Assembly: GCA_963812155.1 (NCBI GenBank)
Contig: CAWETW010000001.1
Span: forward strand, 805,689-869,688
Source of the DNA: Vulcanimicrobiota bacterium
Lineage (GTDB): Bacteria > Vulcanimicrobiota > Vulcanimicrobiia > Vulcanimicrobiales > Vulcanimicrobiaceae
Direction: 5' to 3'
DNA: 64,000 bases
The stretch's first letter is position 1, and each line of letters begins with the position of its first letter. Positions 30,941 through 41,644 of this stretch are shown piece after piece. A program made the translations under genes and the position numbers. Under the pieces are notes generated by a model, which saw nothing but the letters and a program-made list of their open reading frames with translations, was not told where the DNA came from and ran no database searches.

Positions 30941-31396
30941 CGCCCTCGCGCTCGGCGACCTCTTTGATCTGCGGTCCGGAGAACTCGCTGTTGAGCAGGA
31001 TGATGCGGGCGCCGGTGCGGGCCGCCCCGTACACCGCGATGAGGAACCAGCGGTGGTTGCGGGCCAGGATTCCGTCGCCGCCCTTGACCCCCATTGCCAG
31101 CAGCCCGTTTGCGACCTCGTGCGCGGCCTCGTCGAGCTCCTTGAAGGTGATCTCGCCGTCGTCGTCGATGATCGCGGTGCGGTTCGGCGTGCGGCGCGCG
31201 TTGAGCGCGGGGATCATGCCGAATTCGCCCCAGCGCCGCATGTCGGCGACCATCGCGGCAATGTGCGGCGGTTCCGACTTGGAGGGCGCCGGCCTCAGAG
31301 CGTTTTGAGGAGATAGTGCAATTCTGCGGACCCTCGCTCGGCGTACTGCTGGGCTTTGGCGACTGCCTGCAACGGAAGATCGGCTAGCTTGGACAT
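30941..31396 (-). pseudogene. 5' part of a mycobacterial acyl-CoA synthetase (FadD2-like), cut at the junction
   Basis: MSKLADLPLQAVAKAQQYAERGSAELHY...NARRTPNRTAIIDDDG...ILARNHRWF...LLNSEFSGPQIKEVAEREGA. Confidence 0.8.
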
Positions 31397-31451
31397 GACC
31401 CCACAATATGTGACGGCCGTCTCACTGCGGCCGGCAAATTAACATGACGGT

Positions 31452-32688
31452 ATGCCCGGTCCGGTGTACCTGGAGGTCGACGGTCGGCAGCTGCCCATCA
31501 CCAATCCCGACAAGGTAGTCTTCCCCGATATCGGGGCCACCAAGATGGACCTGATGCTCTATTACACCGATGTCGCCGAGGGGGCGCTGCGCGGTGTGAG
31601 GGACCGGCCGATGATCCTCAAGCGGTTCGTCAAGGGCATTACCGAGGAAGCAGTCTTCCAGAAGCGGGCACCGGAGAAGCGGCCGGACTTCGTCGACGTC
31701 GCCGAGCTGAAGTACGCGTCGGGCACCTCGGCCAAGGAGGCCGTCATCCACGATGCCGCCGGCCTGGTGTGGGCGGTCAACATGGGCTGCGTCGACCTCA
31801 ATCCGCACCCGGTACGCGCCGACGATCTCGCGCATCCAGACGAACTGCGCGTCGACCTCGACCCGATGCCAGGCGTGCAGTGGCGGCAGATCGTCGACGT
31901 GGCCCTGGTCGCGCGCGAGGTGCTCGAGGAGCACGGCCTGACGGCCTGGCCGAAGACGTCGGGGTCCCGCGGCTTTCACATCTACGCCCGCATTCAGCGG
32001 CGGTGGCCGTTCAAGTTCGTTCGGCTGGCGGCGCAGACGGTTGCCCCGAGAGGTCGAACGCCGCGCGCCCGAATTGGCGACGGCACGGTGGTGGAAGGAA
32101 GAGCGCGAAGGCGTGTTCGTCGACTTCAATCAAAACGCCTTCGACCGCACCGTCGCCTCGGCGTACTCCGTGGCCACACCGGACGCCCCGGGTGTCGACG
32201 CCGCTGTTCTGGGACGAGGTTGCCGACTGCGAACCTGAGAACTTCACGATCGCCACCGTGCCGAAGCGCTTCGAGGACTACGGCGATCCATGGGAGGGAA
32301 TGGACGATCACGCAGGCACGCTGGACGCGCTGCTCGACCTCGCCGACCGGTTGCGGGAGCCGGCCGAGAAGCGCCGAAGGGTGCGAAGAAAGGTATAGGC
32401 AGACGTCAATCGGTGATGCCGCTGATCGAGATCGCAAGGACCAAGACCAAAGATGAGGCGATGGCCGCGCTCGACGAATGGCGCGAACGTTACTCGTCAG
32501 TAGCCGAAAAGCTCCAGCCTGCAGACATTTTGGTCGACGGCATGCGGGGGCCCAGTTCGATCTGGTACCGGATTCGGATCAACTTGCAGCACGTACCGGA
32601 GGACCAGCGGCCGCCGCAGGAGCCGCTGCTCGCCGACTACAACCCCTGGGAGAACTACTCAGGACCCCAGTGGATGCGCCGTGGTTGA
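31452..32688 (+). CDS. LigD-type primase/polymerase domain protein, several frameshifts
   Basis: ITNPDKVVFP, FQKRAP, PDELRVDLDP, KTSGSRGFH, WWKEERE, FVDFNQNA, DGMRG..SIWYRIRINL. Confidence 0.88.
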
Positions 32689-32804
32689 GCAGTTTGCTGA
32701 CCGATCCAAAACCGGTTCTTATTAAAGTATTAGCGGTTACTCCCAGTTGCCTTGATCGGCTCCGTAGTTTGAGTAACAGGTCGGCGATCGAGGGGAGGCT
32801 GCAG

Positions 32805-33218
32805 ATGTACGGCAATCCGGCATTCGAGTGCGACGGCGCCCAGATCCGGGCGTGCAGCCGCCAGTTGGCAACTGTGGTGACGGTCACCGGCGATCTCGAC
32901 GACGCGAACCTCGACAAGGTCAGCCAGTACACCAGGCGCTTCGTCCTGCGGGAGAAGCCGGTTGTGCTGGATTTGAGCGGCGTGATTTCCGCTACTCCGC
33001 ACATCGTTTCGCTGCTGTGCGACGTCGACGACGCCTGCACCGCCGCGGGGGTCGAGTGGTCGCTGATCGCGAGCCAACCGGTCAGTCGCGCGGTACGCAT
33101 TTTCGACGAGCGGGTCGAGCTGCCGACGGCGGCATCTGTCGCGGACGCGCTCAACCATTTCGCCGACGCGGTGCTGGAACGCCGTCGGCTCCTTCCGCTC
33201 CTCACCAAGAGCGCCTAG
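32805..33218 (+). CDS. STAS-domain anti-sigma factor antagonist
   Basis: VVTVTGDLD, VVLDLSGV, SVADAL; GGAGG RBS. Confidence 0.85.
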   Translation: MYGNPAFECDGAQIRACSRQLATVVTVTGDLDDANLDKVSQYTRRFVLREKPVVLDLSGVISATPHIVSLLCDVDDACTAAGVEWSLIASQPVSRAVRIFDERVELPTAASVADALNHFADAVLERRRLLPLLTKSA

Positions 33219-33354
33219 AGACGGGACCGATCAGAGTGCTTCTCGACCTTCGTTGGCTGGCCTTCCTGGTGCACGGCCGGCACAAGCCGCGTTCGCGGCA
33301 CTTGGCGCTCACGGCCCGCTGACCTCGCCAATAGCTGGCTGAGGCTCGCCGCCG

Positions 33355-34029
33355 TTGTCGGGTAGTTGGGCGGCGGTGCTCGGCCAGCTCATTCCGCTGG
33401 CGCTGGTAGTCGCGATGTCACCACTGACGATCATCCCGGCAATCGTGCTGGTGCTGCAGTCTGATCGCGCCCGTCCCGCCGGCCTGGCCTTCATGGCTGG
33501 CTGGCTAGTCGGGCTGGCGGCAACGACGGCCGTGTTCGTGCAGGTGCCTCGCCTGCTTCACGGGCTCAATCGGCCGGCCCCGACCTGGGCGGCGTGGGTG
33601 CGGATCGCGGTCGGCATCGCGCTGATCGCGCTGGCCGTGTGGCGATGGCTGACCCGTCACCGGGTCACCAAACAGCTGGCCTGGCTGAACCGGCTGAGCA
33701 GGATGACACCTGTCGGCGCCGGCGCAATCGCCGTTGGGCTGATTTTGGTCAATCCCAAGGTGCTAGTGATGAACGCCGCAGCGGGGTTGGTGATCGGGAC
33801 GGCGTCGTTATCTGTGCCGGGAACATGGTTGGCCGTTGCGTACTACACCGTCATCGCGGGTTCGTCGGTCCTGGTTCCGATACTCGCCTACGCCTTCGCC
33901 GGTGAGCGAGTGGATCATCAGCTCGAGCGGCTGAAGCAGTGGATGGAGCGACAGCACGCCATTCTGATGGCTGGCTTCCTGGCGGCTATTGGTTTGTTGT
34001 TGGTGTACACCGGGATTCGCGCGGTTTGA
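33355..34029 (+). CDS. GAP (DUF2910) family membrane protein
   Basis: LALVVAMSP, NPKVL, LERLKQWMERQH; six TM segments. Confidence 0.85.
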   Translation: MSGSWAAVLGQLIPLALVVAMSPLTIIPAIVLVLQSDRARPAGLAFMAGWLVGLAATTAVFVQVPRLLHGLNRPAPTWAAWVRIAVGIALIALAVWRWLTRHRVTKQLAWLNRLSRMTPVGAGAIAVGLILVNPKVLVMNAAAGLVIGTASLSVPGTWLAVAYYTVIAGSSVLVPILAYAFAGERVDHQLERLKQWMERQHAILMAGFLAAIGLLLVYTGIRAV

Positions 34030-34058
34030 GACGCCCTGCAGTCGGGTACGTGGCGACA

Positions 34059-34409
34059 ATGACCGCGATCGACCGGCGAGGCACTAACGAGGTCGGGCGT
34101 ACCGGGCGCATAGCGAACTGGATCCTCGCTTTGGCGACTGTGCCGGGTGCAATCGCGGTCGTCGTGTTCGCCTACGTGCAGGTCCTCGGCACAGCCGGAT
34201 GCAACGATCAGCCGTGTCCGCGACAGGGCCCCGGTGAGCTGGGCTTCACGCTCATCGAGTTCGGAGCGCCGATCGTCGCGGTTGTCGCGGTCGTGCTGTC
34301 GTTCTTCACCGCACGACGCCGCGGCGGGATTCTCGTTCCGGTGGTGGCGTGGCTGTTGTTGATCGCAGCCTTTGCCGTGCTTGTCTTTTCGTTCACGCCG
34401 ACCGGATAA
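34059..34409 (+). CDS. Hypothetical membrane protein
   Basis: Three hydrophobic segments, Cys pair in loop. Confidence 0.65.
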   Translation: MTAIDRRGTNEVGRTGRIANWILALATVPGAIAVVVFAYVQVLGTAGCNDQPCPRQGPGELGFTLIEFGAPIVAVVAVVLSFFTARRRGGILVPVVAWLLLIAAFAVLVFSFTPTG

Positions 34410-34412
34410 CCG

Positions 34413-35630
34413 CTATCTGATGGGTAGGCCGGTGATCGCTCTGCCCATGACGAGCCGCTGGATTTCACTCGTGCCCTCGAAGATCGTGAAGATCTTCGCG
34501 TCCCGGTGCATGCGCTCGACCGGGTATTCACGGGTATAGCCGTTGCCACCCAGGATCTGGATCGCCTCATCCGTCACGTAGACGGCTGTTTCACTGGCCA
34601 CGAGTTTGGCCATCGAGCCTTCTGCGTTGGTAAAGGGCTTGTTGTTACGCGCCATCCAGCCGGCGCGCCACACCAGCAGCCGCGACGCATCGATACGGGA
34701 CTTCATGTCGGCCAGCTTGAACGCGATCGCTTGGAAGTCGGCGATCTTGCGCCCGAACTGTTCCCGCTGCTGTGCATACTCCAGCGCGTACTCATACGCT
34801 GCGCGGGCGACCCCGAGCGCCATTGCGCCGACAGTAGGTCGTGTCCGCTCGAAGGTCTTCATCGCCGCTTGGCCTGCGGCACTTTGGCCTTCGCGGCTGC
34901 GGGCGACTCGCTCGTCGAACTTGTCCTTACCGCCGACGATTAGACGGCCCGGGACCCGGACGTCCTCGAGGATCACCTCGGCGGTGTGCGAGGCCCGAAT
35001 TCCGTGTTTCTTGAACTTCTGTCCCTGTTTGAACCCCGGCGTGTTCGGCGGGATGATGAACGTGGCTTGCCCGCGGCTACCGAGTTCGGGATGGACCGAC
35101 GCAACAACGATATGCACGTTGGCAATTCCGCCATTGGTGGCCCACGTTTTCACGCCGTTGAGCACCCACTCGTCGTTGGCTTCGTCGTAATGCGCGCGGG
35201 TGAGGATGGCGCCCACATCGGAGCCCGCGCCGGGTTCCGATGAACAGAACGAAGCAAGCAGCGGATCCTCTGGCGTGCCGAACATCTGCGGGAGCCATTC
35301 GCCGAGCTGTTCGGGTGTTCCGTTGGCGGCAAGCGATGCGGCGGCCAACCCGGTGCCCAGGATCGACAACGCGATTCCGGCGTCGCCCCAGAACATCTCC
35401 TCGAACACGGCCAGCATCCCGAGGCCGGTTGGCTCGACGGCTTGGGTAGCGAACAACTCCATTGAGTAGAGGCCGACCTTGGCCGCCTCCTGGATGACCG
35501 GCCACGGGGTTTCCTCGCGTTCATCCCACTCCGCCGCTGCGGGGCGCACGACGGTGGCCGCGAATTCGTGAACCCAGTCCCTGACCTGGATCACGTCCTC
35601 AGACAGTTCAAGAGAAAACGACACAGCCAC
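34413..35630 (-). CDS. Acyl-CoA dehydrogenase
   Basis: SEPGAGSD, NGVKTWATNG, REQFG, AIQILGGNGY, IFEGTSEIQR. Confidence 0.95.
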   Translation of the reverse strand: MAVSFSLELSEDVIQVRDWVHEFAATVVRPAAAEWDEREETPWPVIQEAAKVGLYSMELFATQAVEPTGLGMLAVFEEMFWGDAGIALSILGTGLAAASLAANGTPEQLGEWLPQMFGTPEDPLLASFCSSEPGAGSDVGAILTRAHYDEANDEWVLNGVKTWATNGGIANVHIVVASVHPELGSRGQATFIIPPNTPGFKQGQKFKKHGIRASHTAEVILEDVRVPGRLIVGGKDKFDERVARSREGQSAAGQAAMKTFERTRPTVGAMALGVARAAYEYALEYAQQREQFGRKIADFQAIAFKLADMKSRIDASRLLVWRAGWMARNNKPFTNAEGSMAKLVASETAVYVTDEAIQILGGNGYTREYPVERMHRDAKIFTIFEGTSEIQRLVMGRAITGLPIR

Positions 35631-35694
35631 TCGTCCTTTCTGTGCCCGGTCAGTGGAGGTAACGCCTCACTTCGGTGAACAACTGTACACTGAT

Positions 35695-35712
35695 ACTTAC
35701 CCGTCGGTAAGT
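35695..35712. promoter_or_regulatory. Palindromic operator candidate
   Basis: ACTTACC-CGTC-GGTAAGT upstream of the acyl-CoA dehydrogenase. Confidence 0.6.
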
Positions 35713-35906
35713 CCGGGGGCTGTGGAGTGGCTCCCGTAAATGGATTAGTGGAGCGGGCCGATGCCGCGTTCGAACGTGCGGATGATGAGCGGGGCGACGG
35801 TGTGGCGGGGGAATTCGTCGCTGCCGGCGTCCTCGCAGCCTTTTGAGGAGCAGTCCGAAAAGCGAATGTTCAATCCATGTGGCGCTGCCAAACAGAGGTG
35901 AAGGCC

Positions 35907-36341
35907 ATGTATCAGCGTGCAGGGCTGGTCACGCTCGCCATGTGCGGAACCGTTATGGCCACAGCCGGTATCGCTTCGGCCGACGCCACCGATGACTATC
36001 CGATCCCGAATCGGATACTCAAGACCACCTGCACGGTCGAGCAGATCATGGCCGCCGCGCGCGATGTCGAACCGGCGTACTACGAGCGGTACATGATCGA
36101 CTACAACAATCACTCCCCCGAGATTCACCAGGCGACGCAGGAGCATATTCATTGGTTCTTCTCAATGGACTACGCCGGCCGCCGGGCCTACTCGGAGGAA
36201 TTGGCGACGAACTTCGCCGATCAGCTGACCGTGGCGTGGCCGAGCCACCAGAAGCTGTTCTTCAACAACAGGGGCGCCGCCCACACGACCGACATCTGCG
36301 CCCAGTACCCGCCCGGCGACCAATCCGTCTGGAACTGGTGA
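35907..36341 (+). CDS. Secreted DUF5078 family protein
   Basis: DATDDYPIP, TTCTVEQ, YYERYMIDY, KLFFNNRG, CAQYPPGD. Confidence 0.85.
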   Translation: MYQRAGLVTLAMCGTVMATAGIASADATDDYPIPNRILKTTCTVEQIMAAARDVEPAYYERYMIDYNNHSPEIHQATQEHIHWFFSMDYAGRRAYSEELATNFADQLTVAWPSHQKLFFNNRGAAHTTDICAQYPPGDQSVWNW

Positions 36342-36372
36342 CCCTTACGCAGTGCGCCCCTAGGGTCGAGCA

Positions 36373-37781
36373 GTGCATCGCCTAGATCGGTTCTTCGAAA
36401 TCTCGGCGCGTAAGTCAACGATCGTCGCCGAGGTACGCGGCGGCGTGGTCACCTTCATCGCGATGGCCTACATCATCGTGCTGAACCCGATCATCCTGTC
36501 GAGTGCGGATGTCGCCGGCGACAAGCTCGAGTTCACGCAAGTCTCGGCCATGACGTCGCTCGCCGCGGGCATCATGACGATCCTGTTCGGCGTCGTCGCG
36601 CGACTGCCATTCGCGTTCGCCGCGGCGCTCGGCATCAACTCCTTCCTCGCAACGACGGTGGTCGGCTCGCTCACTTGGCCCGAGGCGATGGGCCTCGTGG
36701 TCATCGACGGGCTGATCATCGTGCTCCTGGCGGTGACCGGGCTGCGCAGGCTGGTCTTCGATGCCGTGCCGATGCAGCTCAAGCTGGCCATCACGGCCGG
36801 TATCGGGCTGTTCATCCTCTTCGTCGGGCTGGTCGACGCCGGGTTCGTCGGCTCCACCGGAATGCCGTCACCACCGGTCGGGCTGGGCACCGGTGGCACC
36901 GGTTCGTTCAACACCGTCCCTACGGTCGTATTCGTGTTCACACTCTTGTTGACAGGCATCCTCGTCGTTCGGCGCGTGCACGGTGGCATACTGATCGGGC
37001 TTGTCATCGGCACTCTCGTCGCGGTCGCCATCGAGGCGATCTGGCACCTGGGGGCGGCGACCGAGCGCCCTGGCGGCTGGAGCCTGTCGGTGCCGACCTT
37101 GTCGGGATCACCGTTCGCGCTCCCCGACCTATCCCTCGTTGGTGACTTCAGCCTGGGAGCTTCGGACGGATCGGCGTGCTCGCCGCGGTAATGCTCGTAT
37201 TCACACTGGTTTTCGCGAACTTCTTCGATGCGATGGGTTCCTTCACTGGTTTGGCGCGCGAGGCCGGGCTAGCCGATCCGCAGGGGACGTTTCCGCGGCT
37301 GCGGTCGGCGCTGATCGTCGAGGGCGCAGGCGCGGTCGTGGGCCGGGCGTCGTCGTCGTCGTCCAACACCGTCTTCATCGAGTCCGGCGCGGGCATCGAG
37401 GAAGGTGCGCGCACCGGCTTAGCGAATCTGGTGACGGGAGTGCTGTTTCTCGCCGCCATGTTCGTCTCGCCGCTGGCATCGATCGTGCCGACCGAGGTGG
37501 CCGCCGCGGCGCTGGTCATCGTCGGCGTGATGATGGTGTCGCACCTGCGCCACATCGACATATCAGAGTTCTCGGTGGCCCTACCGGTCGTGCTGACCGT
37601 GGCGACGATGCCATTCAGTTACTCGATCGCCAACGGCATCGGAGTCGGCTTCATCGCGTGGGTCGTGCTGCGCTCGGCAGCCGGAAAGGCGCGGGAGATC
37701 AGCCCGCTGCTCTGGATCGTCGCGGCGGGCTTCGTTCTCTACTTTGCGCGCAGCTGGATCGAGTCGCTCATCGGCATGTGA
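36373..37781 (+). CDS. NCS2/AzgA-type nucleobase permease, frameshift near 37165
   Basis: TFIAMAYIIVLNP, FFDAMG, IESGAGIEEGARTGL, MPFSYSIANGIG. Confidence 0.9.
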
Positions 37782-37784
37782 GGC

Positions 37785-38300
37785 TCACCGGCCGCCACCT
37801 ACCTCGGCGGGCAACGGCGGCGGCAACGGCGTGGTCGGGGTTGTCGTCGTCGGCGGCGCGGCCGGCGCTGCTGGCGTTTCCGGCCGGTGGAAGTCCACCA
37901 TCGGTTCCTCGCGAATCACCTTGTTGCCCGCGCTGACTACCAGAGATTTCGTCGACACCGTGTACGTGACTCCACCGTTCTCCGCGACGTATCGATCGCC
38001 GGATTGCGAGGCCGAGGTGATCAGCCTGGCGCCATCGCGCACCCGCACGCCGCGGTATTCATACTGACCGCCGGATGCCTTGCAGATCGCCACGCGCGAC
38101 GTTTCAGTACTGCCAAAAGCGGCTGCTGTGTTTGGCGGGGTGCACCGCGCGGTGGAGTCGACATAACCCTGGTCGTCGGTGGCCGGCGCGGCACTGGCAG
38201 AAGACACCCCGAAGGCGAGCAGCGTTGAACACGCCGCCGCGGCGACGGCCAGGCGGGGGGCGGACACTCCTGCGGACGACATCAGCTTCCACCTGACCAT
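37785..38300 (-). CDS. Secreted hypothetical protein with Pro/Thr-rich tail
   Basis: Signal peptide, GYVDSTARC, YEYRGVRVRDGA. Confidence 0.7.
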   Translation of the reverse strand: MVRWKLMSSAGVSAPRLAVAAAACSTLLAFGVSSASAAPATDDQGYVDSTARCTPPNTAAAFGSTETSRVAICKASGGQYEYRGVRVRDGARLITSASQSGDRYVAENGGVTYTVSTKSLVVSAGNKVIREEPMVDFHRPETPAAPAAPPTTTTPTTPLPPPLPAEVGGGR

Positions 38301-38381
38301 AGCCGCCTTACTTACGCGAGCGTCGACGCCGAGACACAACACAATCGTTAGGTACGTGAGACACGCGCGTGAACCCGCACC

Positions 38382-40160
38382 TCAGTGCGTTGTCGAAGCG
38401 GCGACCGTGCGGATGTGCAGAACCTCTTGCAGGTAACGGTTTTCGGTCTCCAGCTCGGCGATCCGGCGTTGTAGTGCGGCTACGTCCACTGCGTCCCCGC
38501 CATTCGCCGGCGCCCCCTCGTCGTCCTGCCCGACCTCTACAGTCCCTTGATCGCCTGCATTGGCCGTGGGTAATCGGCCGTTGCGCAGCAGCGTCGCGGT
38601 GATCACCGCACCGACAAGAAACAGTCCGCAGGCCACACTGAAGGTCACCGTATAGCCGTGAATGGCGGCCGCCGATTGCACGCGCGGACCGGGCGGGTGA
38701 CTGCCGATGTATCGGGCGAGCGCCGAGGTGAAGATCGTGGAAAGCACGGCGGTGCCGACCGCGCCGCCGATCTGCTGGCTGGTGTTGACCATCGCCGAGG
38801 CGACACCCGCATCGTCGTTAGGGACTGCTGCGGTGGCGGTTGCGATGGCGGGCGCGAAGGTTAGTCCGACACCCAGACCCAGCACGATGAGTGGCCCCAA
38901 CACGTCGCCGGCATATGTTGATGATGCGGTGAGGTGACGCAACCAGAACATGCCCGCCGCGGCCGTCGCCATCCCGACCGGGATCAGCGGACGGGATCCA
39001 AGACGTGGTGCCAGCTGAGTGTTGGACAACCCGGCCGAAACAGCGATGCCAGCCGCGAACGGCAGGAACGCGACACCGGTCATCAAGGGGCTGTAACGCA
39101 GGGTCTGCTGTAGGTAGTAGGTCAGGAACAAGAAGACGCCGAACATGCTGCAGAACGCGATGCCGATCGCCAGGTATGACCCGATGCGGTTGCGGTCGGT
39201 GACGATGTGCAACGGCAGCAGCGGCTGTGCAGCGCGGACCTCGATCGCGCTGAACGCCGCCAACAGCGCCGCGCTGGCTACGAACATGCCGACCGTAAGC
39301 GGGGCGGTCCACGAGTCGGTCTGGGCGTTGGACAGCCCATACACCAGACAGAAGAGGCCGCCCGAAACCGCCAGCACCCCAGGCCAATCGAGTTCACGTG
39401 TGCGGACGGCGAGAACCTCTTTGGCGGGCAGGTAGGTAAGCACAAGAGCGGCCGCGGGCAGGGCGAAGAGGAGGTTGACGTACAGGCACCACCGCCAGGA
39501 CAGCCACTCGGTCAACGCTCCTCCCAACAGCAGCCCGACGACGGCGCCGCCGGCGGCGATTGCGGCGTAGATCCCAAACGCGCGACCTCGTTCCCGCCCG
39601 GAAGTGAACGTCACATTGAGCGTGGACAGCGCTGCGGGCGCCAGGATTGCGGCGAAGATGCCCTGCGCTGCCCGCGCGGCAACCAGCATGCCGAAGCCGA
39701 CGGCGGCACCGCCGACGGCCGACGCCGCGGCGAAGCCGAGCAATCCGACAAGCAGGGTGCGGCGCCTACCGATGATGTCCGACAATCGCCCGCCGATGAG
39801 CAGCAGTGCACCGAAGGCCAGCGAGTACGCGGTGACGATCCACTGGCGGCTTTCGGTGCCGAAGCCCAGCGCGCTTTGCGCCGACGGCAGTGCGATGTTC
39901 ACGATCGTCGTGTCGAGGACCACCATGAGCTGGGCAAGCCCGATGATCACGAGGACTCGTCCGGGATGACGGCCACGTGGCCCCGTCAGCCCTGACTCCG
40001 CTGCGGGCTGACCGTGCGAGCGCGAAACTTCGGTGGGCACCGCGACGCGACTGATCGGCCCGGTGGGTGCGTCGTCGGTGTGCGGCGCTACATGTGGGCG
40101 CTGCCGCGTCCGGTCGCGCATGTATGCGTTATCCGAGGTCGGAGGCGAAGTCTGTGTCAC
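38382..40160 (-). CDS. MFS drug:H+ antiporter (DHA2)
   Basis: LDTTIVNIALP, GGRLSDIIGRRR, WRWCLYVN, QQIGGAVG. Confidence 0.92.
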   Translation of the reverse strand: MTQTSPPTSDNAYMRDRTRQRPHVAPHTDDAPTGPISRVAVPTEVSRSHGQPAAESGLTGPRGRHPGRVLVIIGLAQLMVVLDTTIVNIALPSAQSALGFGTESRQWIVTAYSLAFGALLLIGGRLSDIIGRRRTLLVGLLGFAAASAVGGAAVGFGMLVAARAAQGIFAAILAPAALSTLNVTFTSGRERGRAFGIYAAIAAGGAVVGLLLGGALTEWLSWRWCLYVNLLFALPAAALVLTYLPAKEVLAVRTRELDWPGVLAVSGGLFCLVYGLSNAQTDSWTAPLTVGMFVASAALLAAFSAIEVRAAQPLLPLHIVTDRNRIGSYLAIGIAFCSMFGVFLFLTYYLQQTLRYSPLMTGVAFLPFAAGIAVSAGLSNTQLAPRLGSRPLIPVGMATAAAGMFWLRHLTASSTYAGDVLGPLIVLGLGVGLTFAPAIATATAAVPNDDAGVASAMVNTSQQIGGAVGTAVLSTIFTSALARYIGSHPPGPRVQSAAAIHGYTVTFSVACGLFLVGAVITATLLRNGRLPTANAGDQGTVEVGQDDEGAPANGGDAVDVAALQRRIAELETENRYLQEVLHIRTVAASTTH

Positions 40161-40367
40161 GGTGAATTCCCGTCGGACGGGCGGGCCCTCCGGGCCCACG
40201 GATTCGGACGCGAGCCGGCATGTTCGTTCACCGCCGCGATACCCGCGACCGCGAAGTGCGAAACCCTCGGCTGTTCACCCACGGCCCGTGACCCAAGATG
40301 TGCCCGTTAGAGCGTGCTCCGGAGCTGACGGCGCGTCAACGTGAATTTCGATGTGTAAGCGGACTGC

Positions 40368-40800
40368 CTATCTATGGGCGTCGCCCCCTTGGGCATGCGC
40401 CTGATGAATTCGTCGGCGTTCGCGAGTTCGGCTGCTCGAACGATTTGCTCTTCGGTGGCATCGGGTCGACCGAAGGCGATGTTGTCGGGCCACGGTGCCG
40501 CGCAACAGCACCGTTTCCTGCAGCACAAATCCGATCTGAGTGCGCAGACCGTGCAGCTTGAAGTTGCGGATGTCGAAGCCGTCGATGCAGATGCGCCCGG
40601 AGTCGGGATCTCGGAAGCGCGGCATCATGCTCAGTACGGTTGACTTGGCGCCGCCGGTGGGACCGACGATGCCCACCATTTCTCCGGCGGTGACATTGAA
40701 GGTGATGTCGTGCAGCACGGGATCGTCGGTGTCAAATGCGAACGACACGTTATCGAAGACGATGTCGCCTCGAAAGCGTGCGGGATCTCTTGGCGGTGGG
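40368..40800 (-). pseudogene. ABC exporter ATP-binding domain fragment
   Basis: VLHDITF, GPTGGAKST (degenerate Walker A), IGFVLQE, NIAFGRPDAT; no membrane domain or signature motif. Confidence 0.8.
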
Positions 40801-40834
40801 GCCTAAGTAGTTCAAGACGCAGCGGCGGCACAGT

Positions 40835-41111
40835 TTAGGGAACGCCGTTGATGCCCGGGTGCTCGCCCGGTTGAACTGTTTGGGGTGGGGGCGCTTTGAC
40901 TCCGGGTGTGAACAGGTTGCCCCCGGTGGGGTTGACGCTCTTCTCGGTGGGAGAGGGCGGGGCTGTGCTCGATGGCGACGTTCGTGGTCGTGGTCGTCGA
41001 CGGCGCTTGATTGCCGCCAGTGCCGCATGCAGCGGTGACCGCGACCATTGCGACGAGGACAGTTCCGCCGGCCAGAGCAATCAGGCGAGGACGCAAGCGA
41101 TTCGAAGTCAT
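40835..41111 (-). CDS. Small Thr/Pro-rich lipoprotein, copy 2 (frameshift)
   Basis: MTSNR...VTAAC lipobox; PTEKSVNPTGGNLFTP. Confidence 0.65.
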
Positions 41112-41133
41112 GATCAATATCCTGTCCGTGTCG

Positions 41134-41420
41134 CTACCCGTTGCGGTGACGGTGAACCCCGGGTGGCTCAGTCGGTGCCGGTGGCGCGATGACTTGGGGC
41201 GTGAACAAGTTGCCTCCGTTCGGGCTGAGGTTCTTCTCCGTCGGTGATGGAGGTGCCGTGCTGGTGGGCGGGGTGTCGTGGTGGTAGTCGTCGTGGTGGT
41301 CGTCGTTGACGGCGCTTGGTGCTCATTGTTTGCGCAACCAGCGGTGAGCGCGCCGATCGCGATGAGGGCAGCACCACTGGCGAGAGCAATCACCCGGTAG
41401 CCGGTGCGATTCGAAGTCAT
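41134..41420 (-). CDS. Small Thr/Pro-rich lipoprotein, copy 1 (frameshifts)
   Basis: MTSNR...LTAGC lipobox; TEKNLSPNGGNLFTP in a shifted frame. Confidence 0.65.
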
Positions 41421-41644
41421 GATTCACGTCCTGTCTGTGAGACGGTATCGACCTTGTGACCGCCAGATCGCCAGGCCGAGAGCGGTATTAGGCCAAATCG
41501 GCCGAGAACCTACGGGTATATGGGATTGTCGTCATTGTCAGCAATGCCGTGTAGTCCGATACACCGTGATCTCGTATCTGCAACATCACCTACCTCCGTG
41601 TGATTGTTGGTCTGCTGGGTATGCGGGCATTTGATCGGTGCCGG

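Noticed and set aside
30447..31406. Novel FadD fusion protein or real interphylum transfer
   Set aside because: The ORF crosses the abrupt junction into an off-frame reading of the phoB tail and phoR; no mobility signature
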